A stretch of 63,835 nt of DNA, the filler included, from Lama guanicoe (Eukaryota), in NCBI GenBank assembly GCA_013239625.1. It is 101 parts of 101 records of this genome, joined end to end, with 100 filler letters (N's around TTAATTAATTAA, not from the genome) between each part and the next. Parts side by side here need not be neighbours in the genome. Positions count along the whole stretch, not along the records: positions 48,929 to 49,154 come from PNXV01027257.1; positions 49,255 to 49,897 come from PNXV01027258.1; positions 49,998 to 50,208 come from PNXV01027260.1; positions 50,309 to 51,262 come from PNXV01027261.1; positions 51,363 to 52,226 come from PNXV01027262.1; positions 52,327 to 52,879 come from PNXV01027264.1; positions 52,980 to 53,385 come from PNXV01027265.1; positions 53,486 to 54,036 come from PNXV01027266.1; 93 more parts are not named here. The stretch is one strand, 5' to 3'. Under the pieces are notes generated by a model, which saw only the letters and a program-made list of their open reading frames with translations, did not search any database and was not told where the DNA came from. Made by a program: the position numbers and the translations under genes. Below are positions 48,829 through 61,190 of this stretch, in pieces. Within the stretch, counting starts at the first letter, position 1, and each line of letters starts with the position of its first letter.

Positions 48829-49478
48829 NNNNNNNNNNNNNNNNNNNNNNNNNNNNNNNNNNNNNNNNNNNNTTAATTAATTAANNNNNNNNNNNNNNNN
48901 NNNNNNNNNNNNNNNNNNNNNNNNNNNNTCCTACATCTGCTCAAGCCATCTTACCAATATTTAAAAAGTTCTCAGTAACTTCCCTAAAGAGAGCTTATAG
49001 CTAGATAATGCCCTGGTCCTGAGACTTAGTTTGAGAATCTCATCTCTCTATCCCTAACTAAACATAAACTTCACGATCTAAGCTGAAAATGCACCGTATC
49101 TTGGGTTAATGCTTTAGCTGTTGTCTGGATGCTTTGTACACATGTGTCTAAGTTNNNNNNNNNNNNNNNNNNNNNNNNNNNNNNNNNNNNNNNNNNNNTT
49201 AATTAATTAANNNNNNNNNNNNNNNNNNNNNNNNNNNNNNNNNNNNNNNNNNNNGGCATCTAACAGATGCTCTGTGTCTTTCCTGAATGAAGGAATGGAA
49301 GTTAAATAGAGCTTAATCATTAACATAAGGATTGACGGTTTTGGTCCATTCAACAAAATAACAAGTCTAATTCAAATCCATGTGTGAATTTTGGCTTTTT
49401 GAAGTTAAAATCCAGCCTAAGTTGCCTTGAGACTATGATGGAACTGGTTAAATGCCTTATAAAGAAATTTTCTTTCAC

Positions 49479-49704
49479 TGGGATTTCAAAATTTGTAGAT
49501 ACTGACAGGCGTATGCAGAATAGATAAACAAGATTATACTGTATAGCACAGGGAAATATATATAAGATCTTGTGGTAGCTGACAACAAAAAAGTTAACAA
49601 TGAATATATATATGTTCATGTAAAACTGAAAAATTGTGCTCTACACTGGAATTTGACACAACATTGTAAAATGACTATAACTCAATTTAAAAAGTGTGAA
49701 AAAA
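49479..49704 (+). mobile_element. 5'-truncated young LINE-1 (3' terminal ~225 bp) with probable target-site duplication
   Basis: GGGATTTCAAAATTTGTAGATACTGACAGG...ACAACATTGTAAAATGACTATAACTCAAT L1 tail, flanked by TTTTCTTTCAC at 49468-49478 and 49707-49717. Confidence 0.85.
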
Positions 49705-50399
49705 CTTTTTCTTTCACAATACTACATTCCTTGTGTTTTTGCTCTGTGATGAATTTAGCTGTCATGTATATTAGAATTTGAGTTATTTCTGTGCATTAGA
49801 GATCCCTGTGCTTATTAGAAAGGCTGCTTCTTTTTAACAGGTTTAAAATTTTTTTTTTAAAGATTCCCCTCCTAAGCTTTTTTTGGACTTTTTTTCANNN
49901 NNNNNNNNNNNNNNNNNNNNNNNNNNNNNNNNNNNNNNNNNTTAATTAATTAANNNNNNNNNNNNNNNNNNNNNNNNNNNNNNNNNNNNNNNNNNNNAGC
50001 ACAGAGCACTCAGAACCTTATTTATAAACCAGTCTACTTTTCCTTTAATTTTTTTTCCTTTTTTTTATTGTATTTTTTAAAAACACACATAGTCACACTC
50101 CAATAGAGGGCAACCTGGTTCCTGTTGAAATAAAGAAGCTTTAGTTTATCAAAAGAAATGCTTTAATTAGCAAAGCTGAAAAGACCTGATTTTCTTCCCA
50201 AAGTGTCTNNNNNNNNNNNNNNNNNNNNNNNNNNNNNNNNNNNNNNNNNNNNTTAATTAATTAANNNNNNNNNNNNNNNNNNNNNNNNNNNNNNNNNNNN
50301 NNNNNNNNCTGAGTTTCAAAAAATTCTTGATCATAATTCTCCTTTAGCTACTATCCTGTCTCCTTCTTTTTTTTTTTTGTAGCAAAATTTCTTGAAAAA

Positions 50400-51262
50400 A
50401 GTTAGCTGAGAGTTCCTGTCATTCCTCCTTTTTCATTCTCTCCTGAACCCACTCTAGAAGGGCTCGCATTCCCACTATTTTACCAAACTTCTCTTGTGCG
50501 CGTCAACAGTCATCTTCTTGTTACCACATTCGATGGTCACTTCCCATTACTCACCTGCTGATAGCATTTGAAATGTTTTCTTCCCTCATCTTCCAGAGTT
50601 CTCTAAGTGTCCCTCCTCCTTCACTAGCCATTTCTTCTGTGTCCTTTGCTGGTTTCTACCCATCTTCTCCAACTTCGGATGTCGGAATGCCTGAGAGCTC
50701 AGTTCTTTGACCCATTAACTATCAACACTAACGACCTAGAGGATGTTATTCAGTGTCATGACCTCAGATAACAGTCCGAATTTATATCTCCAACTCTTAC
50801 TGAACTTCAGACACTTGTAGGCAACTACGTACCAAAGAGCATCTTTAAAATATTGTGGCCTTAACCTCCCTTCCCAGACAACAGTGCTCCTCCTCTAATC
50901 GCCCCCATCTCAGGAGGTGGCAATTTCTTCCCTCTATATGCGGAGGCAAGATGCCTTCTCTTTGTCTCCTACCCCATGGTCAATATGTTAGGAAATGCCT
51001 GTGAACTTACTTCCTAATTCTGTCGAGAATATGATAATTTCCCACCATGTCCTCTGGGTTACTGAGTTAGTTGGAGCTACAATTGTTTCATTTCTTAGTC
51101 ACTCTTCTGTTTCCACTCTTTCTCTCAACACATCAGCCATGGCTATTTTATAAAACATAAAACAAGTTCAGTCATTGCTCTACACAAAGTCCTCCAATGG
51201 CTTCTCATCTTATTCAAGGTAATAATTAAAGTCCTTGCCTTCACTCAAGACCCTGTGTGGTT
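50400..51262 (+). mobile_element. L2 LINE (RT to 3' region), degenerate
   Basis: CCACTATTTTACCAAACTTCTCTTGTG.GCGTCAACAGT (HSTETALVKVTND-like), AATTTATATCTCCAAC, CCTCCAATGGCTTCTCAT. Confidence 0.8.
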
Positions 51263-51362
51263 NNNNNNNNNNNNNNNNNNNNNNNNNNNNNNNNNNNNNN
51301 NNNNNNTTAATTAATTAANNNNNNNNNNNNNNNNNNNNNNNNNNNNNNNNNNNNNNNNNNNN

Positions 51363-52226
51363 GGGAGTTCGAGAGACATCTCCACACAGCTCTCTTCCGT
51401 CACAGGTGTTCCCTGTTCGAGGAAGTCCGATAAATACATTCCCTGAACTTGGGGAGGCAGCCTCTGTCACTGGGATATCCTGCAAACCCCCCTAGCATTC
51501 CCTGGCACAGAGATATCGGGAAAACCCTCAGGGGAGACGAGCTTAGGCTTTCCGTTAGAACCCACGCGCTGCCGACCGTTGGTGGAACCTCCCCACGCTC
51601 AGGATTCCGGAACCATTGTCAGTGCGTGTGGGAGTTCGAGAGACATCTCCACACAGCTCTCTTCCGTCACAGGTGTTCCCTGTTCGGGGAAGTCCGAGAA
51701 ATACCTTCCCTGACCTTGGGGAGGCAGCCTCTGTCCATGGGATATCCTGCAGATACCCCTAGGATTCCCTGGCAAGGAGACATTAGGAAAATCCTCAGGG
51801 GAGACGAGCTAAGTCTTTCCGTTAGAACCCACGCGCTGCCGACCGTTGGTGGAACCTCCCCACGCTCAGGATTCCGGAACCATTGTCAGTGCGTAGGGGA
51901 GCTCAAGAGCCATCTCCACGAAGCTCTCTTCCGTCACAGGTGTTCCCTGTTCGGGGAAGTCCGAGAAATACCTTCCCTGACCTTGGGGAGGCAGCCTCTG
52001 TCACTGGGATATCCTGCAAACCCCCCTAGCATTCCCTGGCACAGAGACATTAGGAAAACCCTCAGGAGGGACGAGCTTAGGCTTTCCGTTAGAACCCACG
52101 CGCTGCCGACCGTTGGTGGAACCCCCCCACGCTTAGGATTCCGGAACCATTGTCAGTGCGTAGGGGAGCTCAAGAGCCATCTCCACGAAGCTCTCTTCAG
52201 TCACAGGTGTTCCCTGTTCGGGGAAG
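51363..52226 (+). repeat. 267-bp satellite (family A), ~3.2 monomers
   Basis: GGGAGTTCGAGAGAC at 51363 and 51630 gives period 267. Confidence 0.97.
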
Positions 52227-52979
52227 NNNNNNNNNNNNNNNNNNNNNNNNNNNNNNNNNNNNNNNNNNNNTTAATTAATTAANNNNNNNNNNNNNNNNNN
52301 NNNNNNNNNNNNNNNNNNNNNNNNNNGTGATGGGAATAAACTATGACAGTGCCAGGGGCAATTTCAAGTGTCCCCTAATTTCCCAAAGCTCACTTTGTTA
52401 CTTCGCTTTTATCAGCACCTGTTTTCCATAACGAAAAAAAATCTCAAGCGGATTTTCACTTTTATGGAAAAAAAAGCAAAAAGCCAGAATAGCGCTGGGT
52501 GTTTGTTTTAGCCCGAGACATCAGAAGGGCAACACGCACCGCGAGCAGCAAGAGGGGCCCCACCGAGCTCCTTCCCCAGAACCACACTCAGTATCCCGGC
52601 ATCACGCCACCACGGCTTTGGGCTGTGTCTGTGAGCACCTGTGCTTTATGCATATTTATTTTATGCATCCACCAGCAAGTTGTCCTAAGGTAACTGCCTC
52701 TTTGCTTTACACCGACGACTTTCATAGGAACGCTCTACTTTTGGATACTGGGGAGACCTGTAGCATACAACATTGTTACTCAGGCACTGGAGGAGGGACC
52801 TGCCCTTTCTGTCTCCCCCACACCCCCTCAGGCAGGCCACCGTATTCTCTTTAGCCACTTTGTGAACTGCTATACTGAGNNNNNNNNNNNNNNNNNNNNN
52901 NNNNNNNNNNNNNNNNNNNNNNNTTAATTAATTAANNNNNNNNNNNNNNNNNNNNNNNNNNNNNNNNNNNNNNNNNNNN

Positions 52980-53385
52980 CTAAAAGTCAGTTTTAAGCAT
53001 TTACAAATATAATAGCAAAAAATTCTCAGTTACAAAACTGACAAAAACATAAATAATCTGGAATAAATTCAAAAATAATGCCCATGTTCTAAATGGAGAA
53101 ACTTCAGGACTGTACTGAGGGGTAAAGTAAGAGGTGTGAATGTAGAGACATCAACAAATTGCATGGAGGAAAGCAGTTTTTTAAAGATGTAAGTTCTCAT
53201 TAGAATAATTCAAAACTTACTAAAAATTCCCATGAAAACTCCAATCTGATTTTTTTTAACTTTAACAAAATATTTTGGAATTCTTCAGGAATAATAAAGT
53301 CATAACACTAGACAAGAAAATTTGGGATGGAAGAAGAGAATCAAAAAAAATTCAGACTGACAATTATTAAATAAATTTTTACAAT
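52980..53385 (+). mobile_element. Ancient L1 ORF2 3' fragment
   Basis: CTGGAATAAAT, TTAAAGATGTAAGTTCTC, AATTCCCATGAAAACTCCAA, ACAAAATATTTTGGAATTC. Confidence 0.6.
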
Positions 53386-53485
53386 NNNNNNNNNNNNNNN
53401 NNNNNNNNNNNNNNNNNNNNNNNNNNNNNTTAATTAATTAANNNNNNNNNNNNNNNNNNNNNNNNNNNNNNNNNNNNNNNNNNNN

Positions 53486-53761
53486 CAGATGGCTGTCTTC
53501 TTGCTGTGTCCTCCCTTGGAGTGGGGGTGAGAGGGGTGGGGGCGGTAGGAGAGAGAGAGAGAAACAGAGCGACACAGAGAGATGGAGATTGAGAAAGGAG
53601 CGAGCTCTCTGATCTCTTCTTACAAGGCACTAATCCTGAGGACCCCCCCCTCATCTAAAACTAATTATCTTCAAGGGCCCCCACCTCCTATTACCATCAT
53701 ATTGGGGGTTGGAGCTTCAACATAGGAATTTTGGGGGCACAAAAACATTCAGTTCATAATA
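53486..53761 (-). mobile_element. MLT1A-type MaLR LTR
   Basis: CAGATGGCTGTCTTCTTGCTGTGTCCTC...TCTCTTCTTACAAGGCACTAATCC...GCTTCAACATAGGAATTTTTGGGGG..ACATTCAGTTCATA. Confidence 0.88.
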
Positions 53762-55052
53762 AAAACACCAGTTCTCCTCTTCTAAGGTAGCCCAGAGCAG
53801 GGGAATGCAGACGTACCGGCATGAATTTCCACTTTTCCCAAACTCTTGCTCACTATAAGGGCTGCGTACACCACTGATGCCCTGTCATCCCGGAGCTTTG
53901 ATGATGGGAGTGTCCATGAGCTACATTACAAAACCCCAAAGACGTGCAGAAAAACAGATGGAATCCTAGCCGTCTCTCTACATCATTGCATTCTAGAGAC
54001 AATTATTTCTGAAACTGAAAAGCAGGTTGTAGAGAANNNNNNNNNNNNNNNNNNNNNNNNNNNNNNNNNNNNNNNNNNNNTTAATTAATTAANNNNNNNN
54101 NNNNNNNNNNNNNNNNNNNNNNNNNNNNNNNNNNNNGTACCTCCTTCTAACCGTGCTGTGCCTCGAAGACGGAAAGACTAACAGACGTGAACCATCCCAG
54201 CCATCAGTCACCACGAGTGGCGCAGTGCTCCTCGGAGGACCGACAGTGAGCGGGCTGAGCGTCAGGCAAGTCGTCACAAGCAGGGTGCGTTCACCCGGAG
54301 ATTTTAGGGTTATTTTACCTACAGTACTAAACTGCAGTTCATCTCTTCCCTCCACAAACATTTGCTGAGTGCCTAGGATGAGCAGGGATAGCCCCTGGGA
54401 ATGGAACTCAGTCCTAATTCCTCTTTTATTGTTGTTTTGACACCGAGAGAACACCACTGACATCCCCAGGAAAGAGCTGTCCGCCGTGTGGGGGCAGAAC
54501 TGAGGCAGACAGACGTCTAGAACCAGAAGGCAAAGTGATAGAGGGAAGGGCTATTCAGAGAGGAAAGGCATTNNNNNNNNNNNNNNNNNNNNNNNNNNNN
54601 NNNNNNNNNNNNNNNNTTAATTAATTAANNNNNNNNNNNNNNNNNNNNNNNNNNNNNNNNNNNNNNNNNNNNGGGAGGGCTCCCAGAGGAGGCTGGTCCC
54701 AGATTGGCCTGCTCCAGGCTAGCCGGTGTTACCTTAAGTGACCGCCTCATAATAGACCAGAGGTGTTGGGGTTGAGGGTTCAACCAATGCCTACAGCCTC
54801 TCAGAAACCTCTCACCACATAGTTTCCTGGAGTAGAAGCCCCGGGAGTTCACGAAACAGAAAGGACATGTTTCTCTGTGAACTGTCTCCAGCCAAGTGAT
54901 GTTGCTCTGGGGCTGTCCCTAGAATGTGGGTGCCTGGTAGCCAGGTTCCATTNNNNNNNNNNNNNNNNNNNNNNNNNNNNNNNNNNNNNNNNNNNNTTAA
55001 TTAATTAANNNNNNNNNNNNNNNNNNNNNNNNNNNNNNNNNNNNNNNNNNNN

Positions 55053-55879
55053 GAGCTGCGTGGAGTTGTCTCTCGAACTCCCCCACGCACTGACAATTTT
55101 TACGAAATTCTGAGCGTGGGGAGGTTCCCCAACGGTCGGCAGCACGTGGGTTCCAACGGAAAGCCTAAGCTCGTCTCCCCTGAGGGTTTTCCTAATGTCT
55201 CTGTGCCAGGGAATGCTAGAGGGGTTTGCAGGATATCCCAGTGACAGAGGCTGCCTCCCCAAGGTCAGGGAAGATATTTCTCGGACTTCCCCGAACAGGG
55301 AACACCTGTGACTGAAGAGAGCTGCGTGGAGTTGTCTCTCGAACTCCCCCACGCACTGACAATGTTTCCAGAATCCTGAGCATGGGGAGGTTCCACCAAC
55401 GGTCGGCAGGGCGTGGGTTCTAAAGGAAAGCCCAAGTTCGTCTCCCCTGCGGGTTTTCCTAATGTCTCTGTGCCAGGGAATGCTAGGGGGGTTTGCAGGA
55501 TATCCCAGTGACAGAGGCTGCCTCCCCAAGGTCAGGGAAGATATTTCTCGGACTTCCCCGAACAGGGAACACCTGTGACTGAAGAGAGCTGCGTGGAGAT
55601 GTCTCTCGAGCTCCCCCACGCACTGACAATGTTTCCAGAATCCTGAGCATGGGGAGGTTCCACCAACGGTCGGCAGCGCGTGGGTTCTAACGGAAAGCCT
55701 AAGCTCGTCTCCCCTGAGGGTTTTCCTAATGTCTCTGTGCCAGGCAATGCTTGGGGGGTTTGCAGGATATCCCAGTGGCAGAGGCTGACTCCAAAAAGAG
55801 AGGGAAATTTTTTCTCGGATTTCCCCGAAAAGGGAACACCTGTTACTTAAGAGAGCTGCGTGGAGTTGTCTCTCGAGCT
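55053..55879 (-). repeat. 267-bp satellite (family A), ~3 monomers
   Basis: Tandem monomers. Confidence 0.96.
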
Positions 55880-55979
55880 NNNNNNNNNNNNNNNNNNNNN
55901 NNNNNNNNNNNNNNNNNNNNNNNTTAATTAATTAANNNNNNNNNNNNNNNNNNNNNNNNNNNNNNNNNNNNNNNNNNNN

Positions 55980-56551
55980 TTCTGTGATTCTGAGGCACTG
56001 TTGTTCTTCAGGGTTTCCGTAATCTCCGATTTCAATAATTGCTCTGGATGGCGTTTTGCAGTCTAGTTGTTTGAAAGCTTATCTTTTGGGCCTTCAATCT
56101 CTTTAGAACTGAAAATGGTACTTCCTGTTTCTTTTACTGTACTTCTTCATCTCTACTGGTCAGGTAATATCAGGTATCTATGGCAGACTTCTAGGGCTTG
56201 GTTAAGTGAACAATTTAGACACTTGGCTCAACGCAATTCCATGGGATTTCTGTGAGGACACTTTCTCCTAGACATTGATGCCATGTCCTGTTCCTGTGTG
56301 TGTTGTCTGGTATATCTCCAATTGCTGGTGTTGCCTTTGTTGTGATGAACACCCCATACTATTTCGATTAGCATAACCTCATGTTGATTACGCTTATCTC
56401 ATAATTCTGAAAGTACACAGGACACTTCCTCTTGTGGAAATGAAGCTTCTAAAGGTTCTCAGCTCTGCATTCTGTTCTATGTCACTTTGGAGTGTTTCCA
56501 AAGAGCAAACTGAGAGTGCGCTTGTGCTATGTAGTGCCACGGGAATGTCCC
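55980..56551 (-). repeat. Amplified decayed L1-derived repeat (family D, copy 4)
   Basis: Overlaps all four other copies. Confidence 0.85.
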
Positions 56552-56651
56552 NNNNNNNNNNNNNNNNNNNNNNNNNNNNNNNNNNNNNNNNNNNNTTAAT
56601 TAATTAANNNNNNNNNNNNNNNNNNNNNNNNNNNNNNNNNNNNNNNNNNNN

Positions 56652-57305
56652 GGCATTCCGTTAGAACCCACGCGCTGCCGACCGTTGGTGGAGACTCCCC
56701 GCGCTCAGGAATCCGGAAATATTCTCAGTGCGTGGGGGAGCTAGAGAGACAACTCCACGCAGCTCTCTTCATTCACTGGGGTTCCCTGTTAGGGGAAGTC
56801 CGAGAAATAGCTTCCTTGACCTTGGGAAGGCAGCCTCTGTAACTGGGATATCCTGCAAACACCCCTAGCATTCCCTGCCACAGAGAAATTAGGAAAACCC
56901 TCAGGGGAGACGAGCATAGGCATTCCGTAAGAACCCACGCGCTGCCGAACGTTGGTGAAACCTCCCCATGCTCAGGATTCCGGAACCATTGTCAGTGCAT
57001 TGGGGAGATCGAGAGACAGCTTCACGCAGCTCTCTTCAGTCACAGGTGTTCCCTGTTCGGGGAAGTCCGAGAAATAACTTCCCTGACCTTGGTGAGGCAG
57101 CCTCTGTCACTGGGACTTCCTACAAACCACCCTAGAATTCCCTGGCACAGAGACATTAGGAGAAAATGCAGGGGAGACGAGCTTAGGCATTCCGTTATAG
57201 CCCACGCGCTGCCGATCGTTGGTGGAACTTCCCCACGCTCAGTATTCCGGAACCATTGTCAGTGTGTGGCGGAGCACGAGAGACAACTCCACGCAGCTCT
57301 CTTCA
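56652..57305 (+). repeat. 267-bp satellite (family A)
   Basis: About 2.4 monomers. Confidence 0.96.
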
Positions 57306-57906
57306 NNNNNNNNNNNNNNNNNNNNNNNNNNNNNNNNNNNNNNNNNNNNTTAATTAATTAANNNNNNNNNNNNNNNNNNNNNNNNNNNNNNNNNNNNNNN
57401 NNNNNACCAGAAGTACCTTTCCTGAAGGTCACTTTCTGTTGACACCCTTCACTGTCTATTATGCCAGTTCTAGAAAAACCCAAATTCTTCCAAAGCCCTA
57501 CACCCCGGACACTCTCCAGTGTCCTCCCCAGCAGGGGCTCCCTCCATCCTGGACCACACAGGGCACTCTCCCCGGGTCCCCACAACCAAAGCCTGCAGGC
57601 CTCTGCCCGGGCTGCTCCTGTGACCTGAGCCACATTCTTGACTCCTTCTCCTGGCTGACTCTTACNNNNNNNNNNNNNNNNNNNNNNNNNNNNNNNNNNN
57701 NNNNNNNNNTTAATTAATTAANNNNNNNNNNNNNNNNNNNNNNNNNNNNNNNNNNNNNNNNNNNNTATAGAAACAGATTTTTCTTCCTTTCAAAATAAGG
57801 TTCACCTGCTAGGGTGAACCCAGCCCAACCCAGCCCAACCCAGACACAACTCCATGCTCCAGTTCCAAGCAACCCAGGAAGTTTCCAGAACAGGTCCCCT
57901 TTATTT

Positions 57907-58355
57907 CCAGTGCTTCTCAGCCCTGGTTGCACACTGAAATCCCCTGGGGAATACTGTGAAAGCCCAATGTAAATCAAAACCTCTGGGAAGGGGACCCAGA
58001 CATGGATGTAGCCCAGGCTGGAGAGGCAGCACTCTGCAGACTCTCCCAGGGAAGCAGGTAGACAGAAACTTTCCTTTCTTAGGGAATAAGATGGGACTTC
58101 AGAAGCGGTCTTTACTAAGTCAAAGTTAAGCTCTATCCCAAATATGGAGACTTCACTTTAGCCAGAGAAGAGAGGGCTGGCAGCCCTACAAGATGCTCCT
58201 TCTCAGTGGGAAGATGGGTGACGCCCCCCACGGACACTGCTGCCCTCACTGCAGGGTTTCTGATTCAGTGAGTCTGGGCCAGCAGGAGAACTGCTTTCCT
58301 AACAGGTCTCTGATGATGCGGACGCAGCGGGGGCCACTCTTTGGGAACCACGGCT
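57907..58355. mobile_element. Two MER5-like hAT-Charlie MITE remnants (~57907-58030 and ~58200-58355)
   Basis: CAGTGCTTCTCAGCCCTGGTTGCACACTGAAATCCCCTGGGGA; TTCTGATTCAGTGAGTCTGGG...TTCCTAACAGG...CTTTGGGAACCAC. Confidence 0.65.
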
Positions 58356-58524
58356 CAGCAGGGAACTCAGGAAAGCATGGGCTCCGCCACAACACAGACA
58401 ACTAAGCCAGCAGTCCGCCCGCAGNNNNNNNNNNNNNNNNNNNNNNNNNNNNNNNNNNNNNNNNNNNNTTAATTAATTAANNNNNNNNNNNNNNNNNNNN
58501 NNNNNNNNNNNNNNNNNNNNNNNN

Positions 58525-58751
58525 TCTATATTCTAAATTCTGTGTTCTGCATTCCATTTTTAAATTCTGTATTTTATATTCTATTTTATATATTCTATAC
58601 TCTGTGTTCTTCATTCTATTTTCTACAATCTATATTCTGCCCTCCGTATTCTATATTCTATATACTGGGTTCTACATTCTATATGCTAAATTTTATATGC
58701 AGTTATCTATATTCTATTTTCTAAATTCTGTGTTCTGCATTCCAAGTTCTA
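58525..58751 (-). repeat. Heptamer satellite (family C)
   Basis: 7-mer tandem. Confidence 0.93.
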
Positions 58752-58851
58752 NNNNNNNNNNNNNNNNNNNNNNNNNNNNNNNNNNNNNNNNNNNNTTAAT
58801 TAATTAANNNNNNNNNNNNNNNNNNNNNNNNNNNNNNNNNNNNNNNNNNNN

Positions 58852-59408
58852 TTGCATTCCGTATTCTATATTGTATATTCTGTGTTCTAAATTCTAAATG
58901 CTAAATTTTATATTCAGTGTTCTGTTTTGTATATGGTAAACCCTGTGTTCTGCATTCCATGTTCTATATTCTATTTTGAGTATTCTATATTCTATATTCT
59001 AAATTCTGTGTTCTGCCATCTTTGTTCTAAATTTTATTTTCAGTATTCTGTATTCTATATTCTAAATTCTGTGTTCTGCCATCTTTGTTCTAAATTTTAT
59101 TTTCAGTATTCTGTATTCTATATTCTAAATTCTGTGTTCTGCCATCTTTGTTCTAAATTTTATTTTCAGTATTCTGTATTCTATATTCTAAATTCTGTGT
59201 TCTGCCATCTTTGTTCTAAATTTTATTTTCAGTATTCTGTATTCTATATTCTAAATTCTGAGTTCTGCATTCAATGGTCTAAATTCTGGGTTCTGTATTC
59301 TGTTTTTCATATTCTATATGCTCTGTTCTACATTCTATATTCTGTGTTCTATATTCTGTCTTCCGTATTCTATATTCTATATTCTGTGTTCTGCATTCTA
59401 TATTCTAA
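58852..59408 (-). repeat. Heptamer satellite (family C) with about four identical 63-bp units
   Basis: CAGTATTCTG at 59041, 59104, 59167 and 59230. Confidence 0.96.
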
Positions 59409-59508
59409 NNNNNNNNNNNNNNNNNNNNNNNNNNNNNNNNNNNNNNNNNNNNTTAATTAATTAANNNNNNNNNNNNNNNNNNNNNNNNNNNNNNNNNNNN
59501 NNNNNNNN

Positions 59509-59925
59509 TGAAATGCCTGCCGTTTTCTCTGTAAAACCGAGTTGGAGTTTGTACCTCACCATATATTTTTATGGATTGGAGTTGGCAACTGAAAAGAAAC
59601 TTTGTGTTCCCTTCAAGCTAGGTTAAGGACTGCTTTTGCACACACTTATCTCTCAGAACTGATCATGTGGAGAGACGATCGTTCATCCAGCCCAAAGGGA
59701 ACGGGTTGCAGGAGAAACACTTACTCTGGTTTCCTAGTGTGTTTCCTAGTGCCGGTTGGAAGTGCCTGCCGTTTTCTTTGTAAAACCGAGTTGGAGCTTG
59801 TTCCTCCCCATATATATGTATGGAGTGGAGTTGTGAACTGAAAATTTACATTGTGTTCCCTTCATGTTAGGTGAAGAACGGCTTTCACACACAATTATGT
59901 CTAAGAACTGAGCATGTGGAGAGAC
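59509..59925 (+). repeat. 249-bp satellite (family B)
   Basis: Tandem monomers. Confidence 0.94.
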
Positions 59926-60025
59926 NNNNNNNNNNNNNNNNNNNNNNNNNNNNNNNNNNNNNNNNNNNNTTAATTAATTAANNNNNNNNNNNNNNNNNNN
60001 NNNNNNNNNNNNNNNNNNNNNNNNN

Positions 60026-60402
60026 TAGTGCCGGTTTGAAGTGCCTGCGTTTTCACTGTAAAACCGAGTTGCAGGTTGTACCTGCCCATATATCTGTATG
60101 TAGTGGAGTTGGCAACTGAAAAGAAACTTTGTGTTCCCTTCAAGCTAGGTGAAGGACGGCTTCACACACACTTATCTCTCAGAAGTGAGCATGTGGAGAG
60201 ACGTTCGTTCATCCAGCACCAAGGGAACGGGTTGCAGGAGAAACAATTACTCTGGTTTCTCAGTCTGTTTCCTAGTGCCGTATGGAAGTGCCTGCCGTTT
60301 TCACTGTAAAACTGAGTTGGAGTTTGTACCTCCCCATATATCTGTATGGAGTGGTGTAGGCAACTGAGAAGTAACTTTGTGTTCCCTTCAAGCTAGGTGA
60401 AG
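60026..60402 (+). repeat. 249-bp satellite (family B)
   Basis: Tandem monomers. Confidence 0.94.
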
Positions 60403-60502
60403 NNNNNNNNNNNNNNNNNNNNNNNNNNNNNNNNNNNNNNNNNNNNTTAATTAATTAANNNNNNNNNNNNNNNNNNNNNNNNNNNNNNNNNNNNNNNNNN
60501 NN

Positions 60503-61090
60503 GTTTCTCTTCTGTCTCAAGTTCCTCTCAATACATATATATGGGGAGGTATAAGCTCCATCTCGGTTCTACAGTGAAAAGTGCAGGAACTTCCAACCGG
60601 CACTTGGAAACACACTGAGAAACCAGAGGAAGTGTTTCTCCTGCAACATTTAACCGTTGTGCTAAATGAACAAACATCTCACCACTTGCTGATTTCTGAT
60701 ATTTTATCATGTGTGAAAGCCGTACTTCGCCCAGCTTGTTGGGAACACAAAGTTTCTCTTCTGTCTCAAGTTCCTCTCAATACATATATATGGGGAGGTA
60801 CAAGTTCCAACTCGGTTTTACAGTGAAAACTGCAGGAACATCTAAACGGCAATAGGAAACACACTGAGAAACCAGAGGAAGTGTTTCTCCTGCAACATTT
60901 AACCGTTGTGCTAAATGAACAAACATCTCACCACTTGCTGATTTCTGATATTTTATCATGTGTGAAAGCCGTACTTCGCCCAGCTTGTTGGGAACACAAA
61001 GATTCTTTTCAGTTTCAAATACCACTCCATACATATATATTGCTGGGTACAAGCTCCAACACGATTTTACAGTGAAAACTGCAGGAAATT
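60503..61090 (-). repeat. 249-bp satellite (family B, variant subfamily)
   Basis: GTTTCTCTTCTGTCTCAAG at 60503/60752; adjacent monomers are nearly identical but distinct from other B contigs. Confidence 0.94.
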
Positions 61091-61190
61091 NNNNNNNNNN
61101 NNNNNNNNNNNNNNNNNNNNNNNNNNNNNNNNNNTTAATTAATTAANNNNNNNNNNNNNNNNNNNNNNNNNNNNNNNNNNNNNNNNNNNN

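Noticed and set aside
49746..49800. GTGATGA as a snoRNA C box
   Set aside because: No downstream CTGA D box with a terminal stem.
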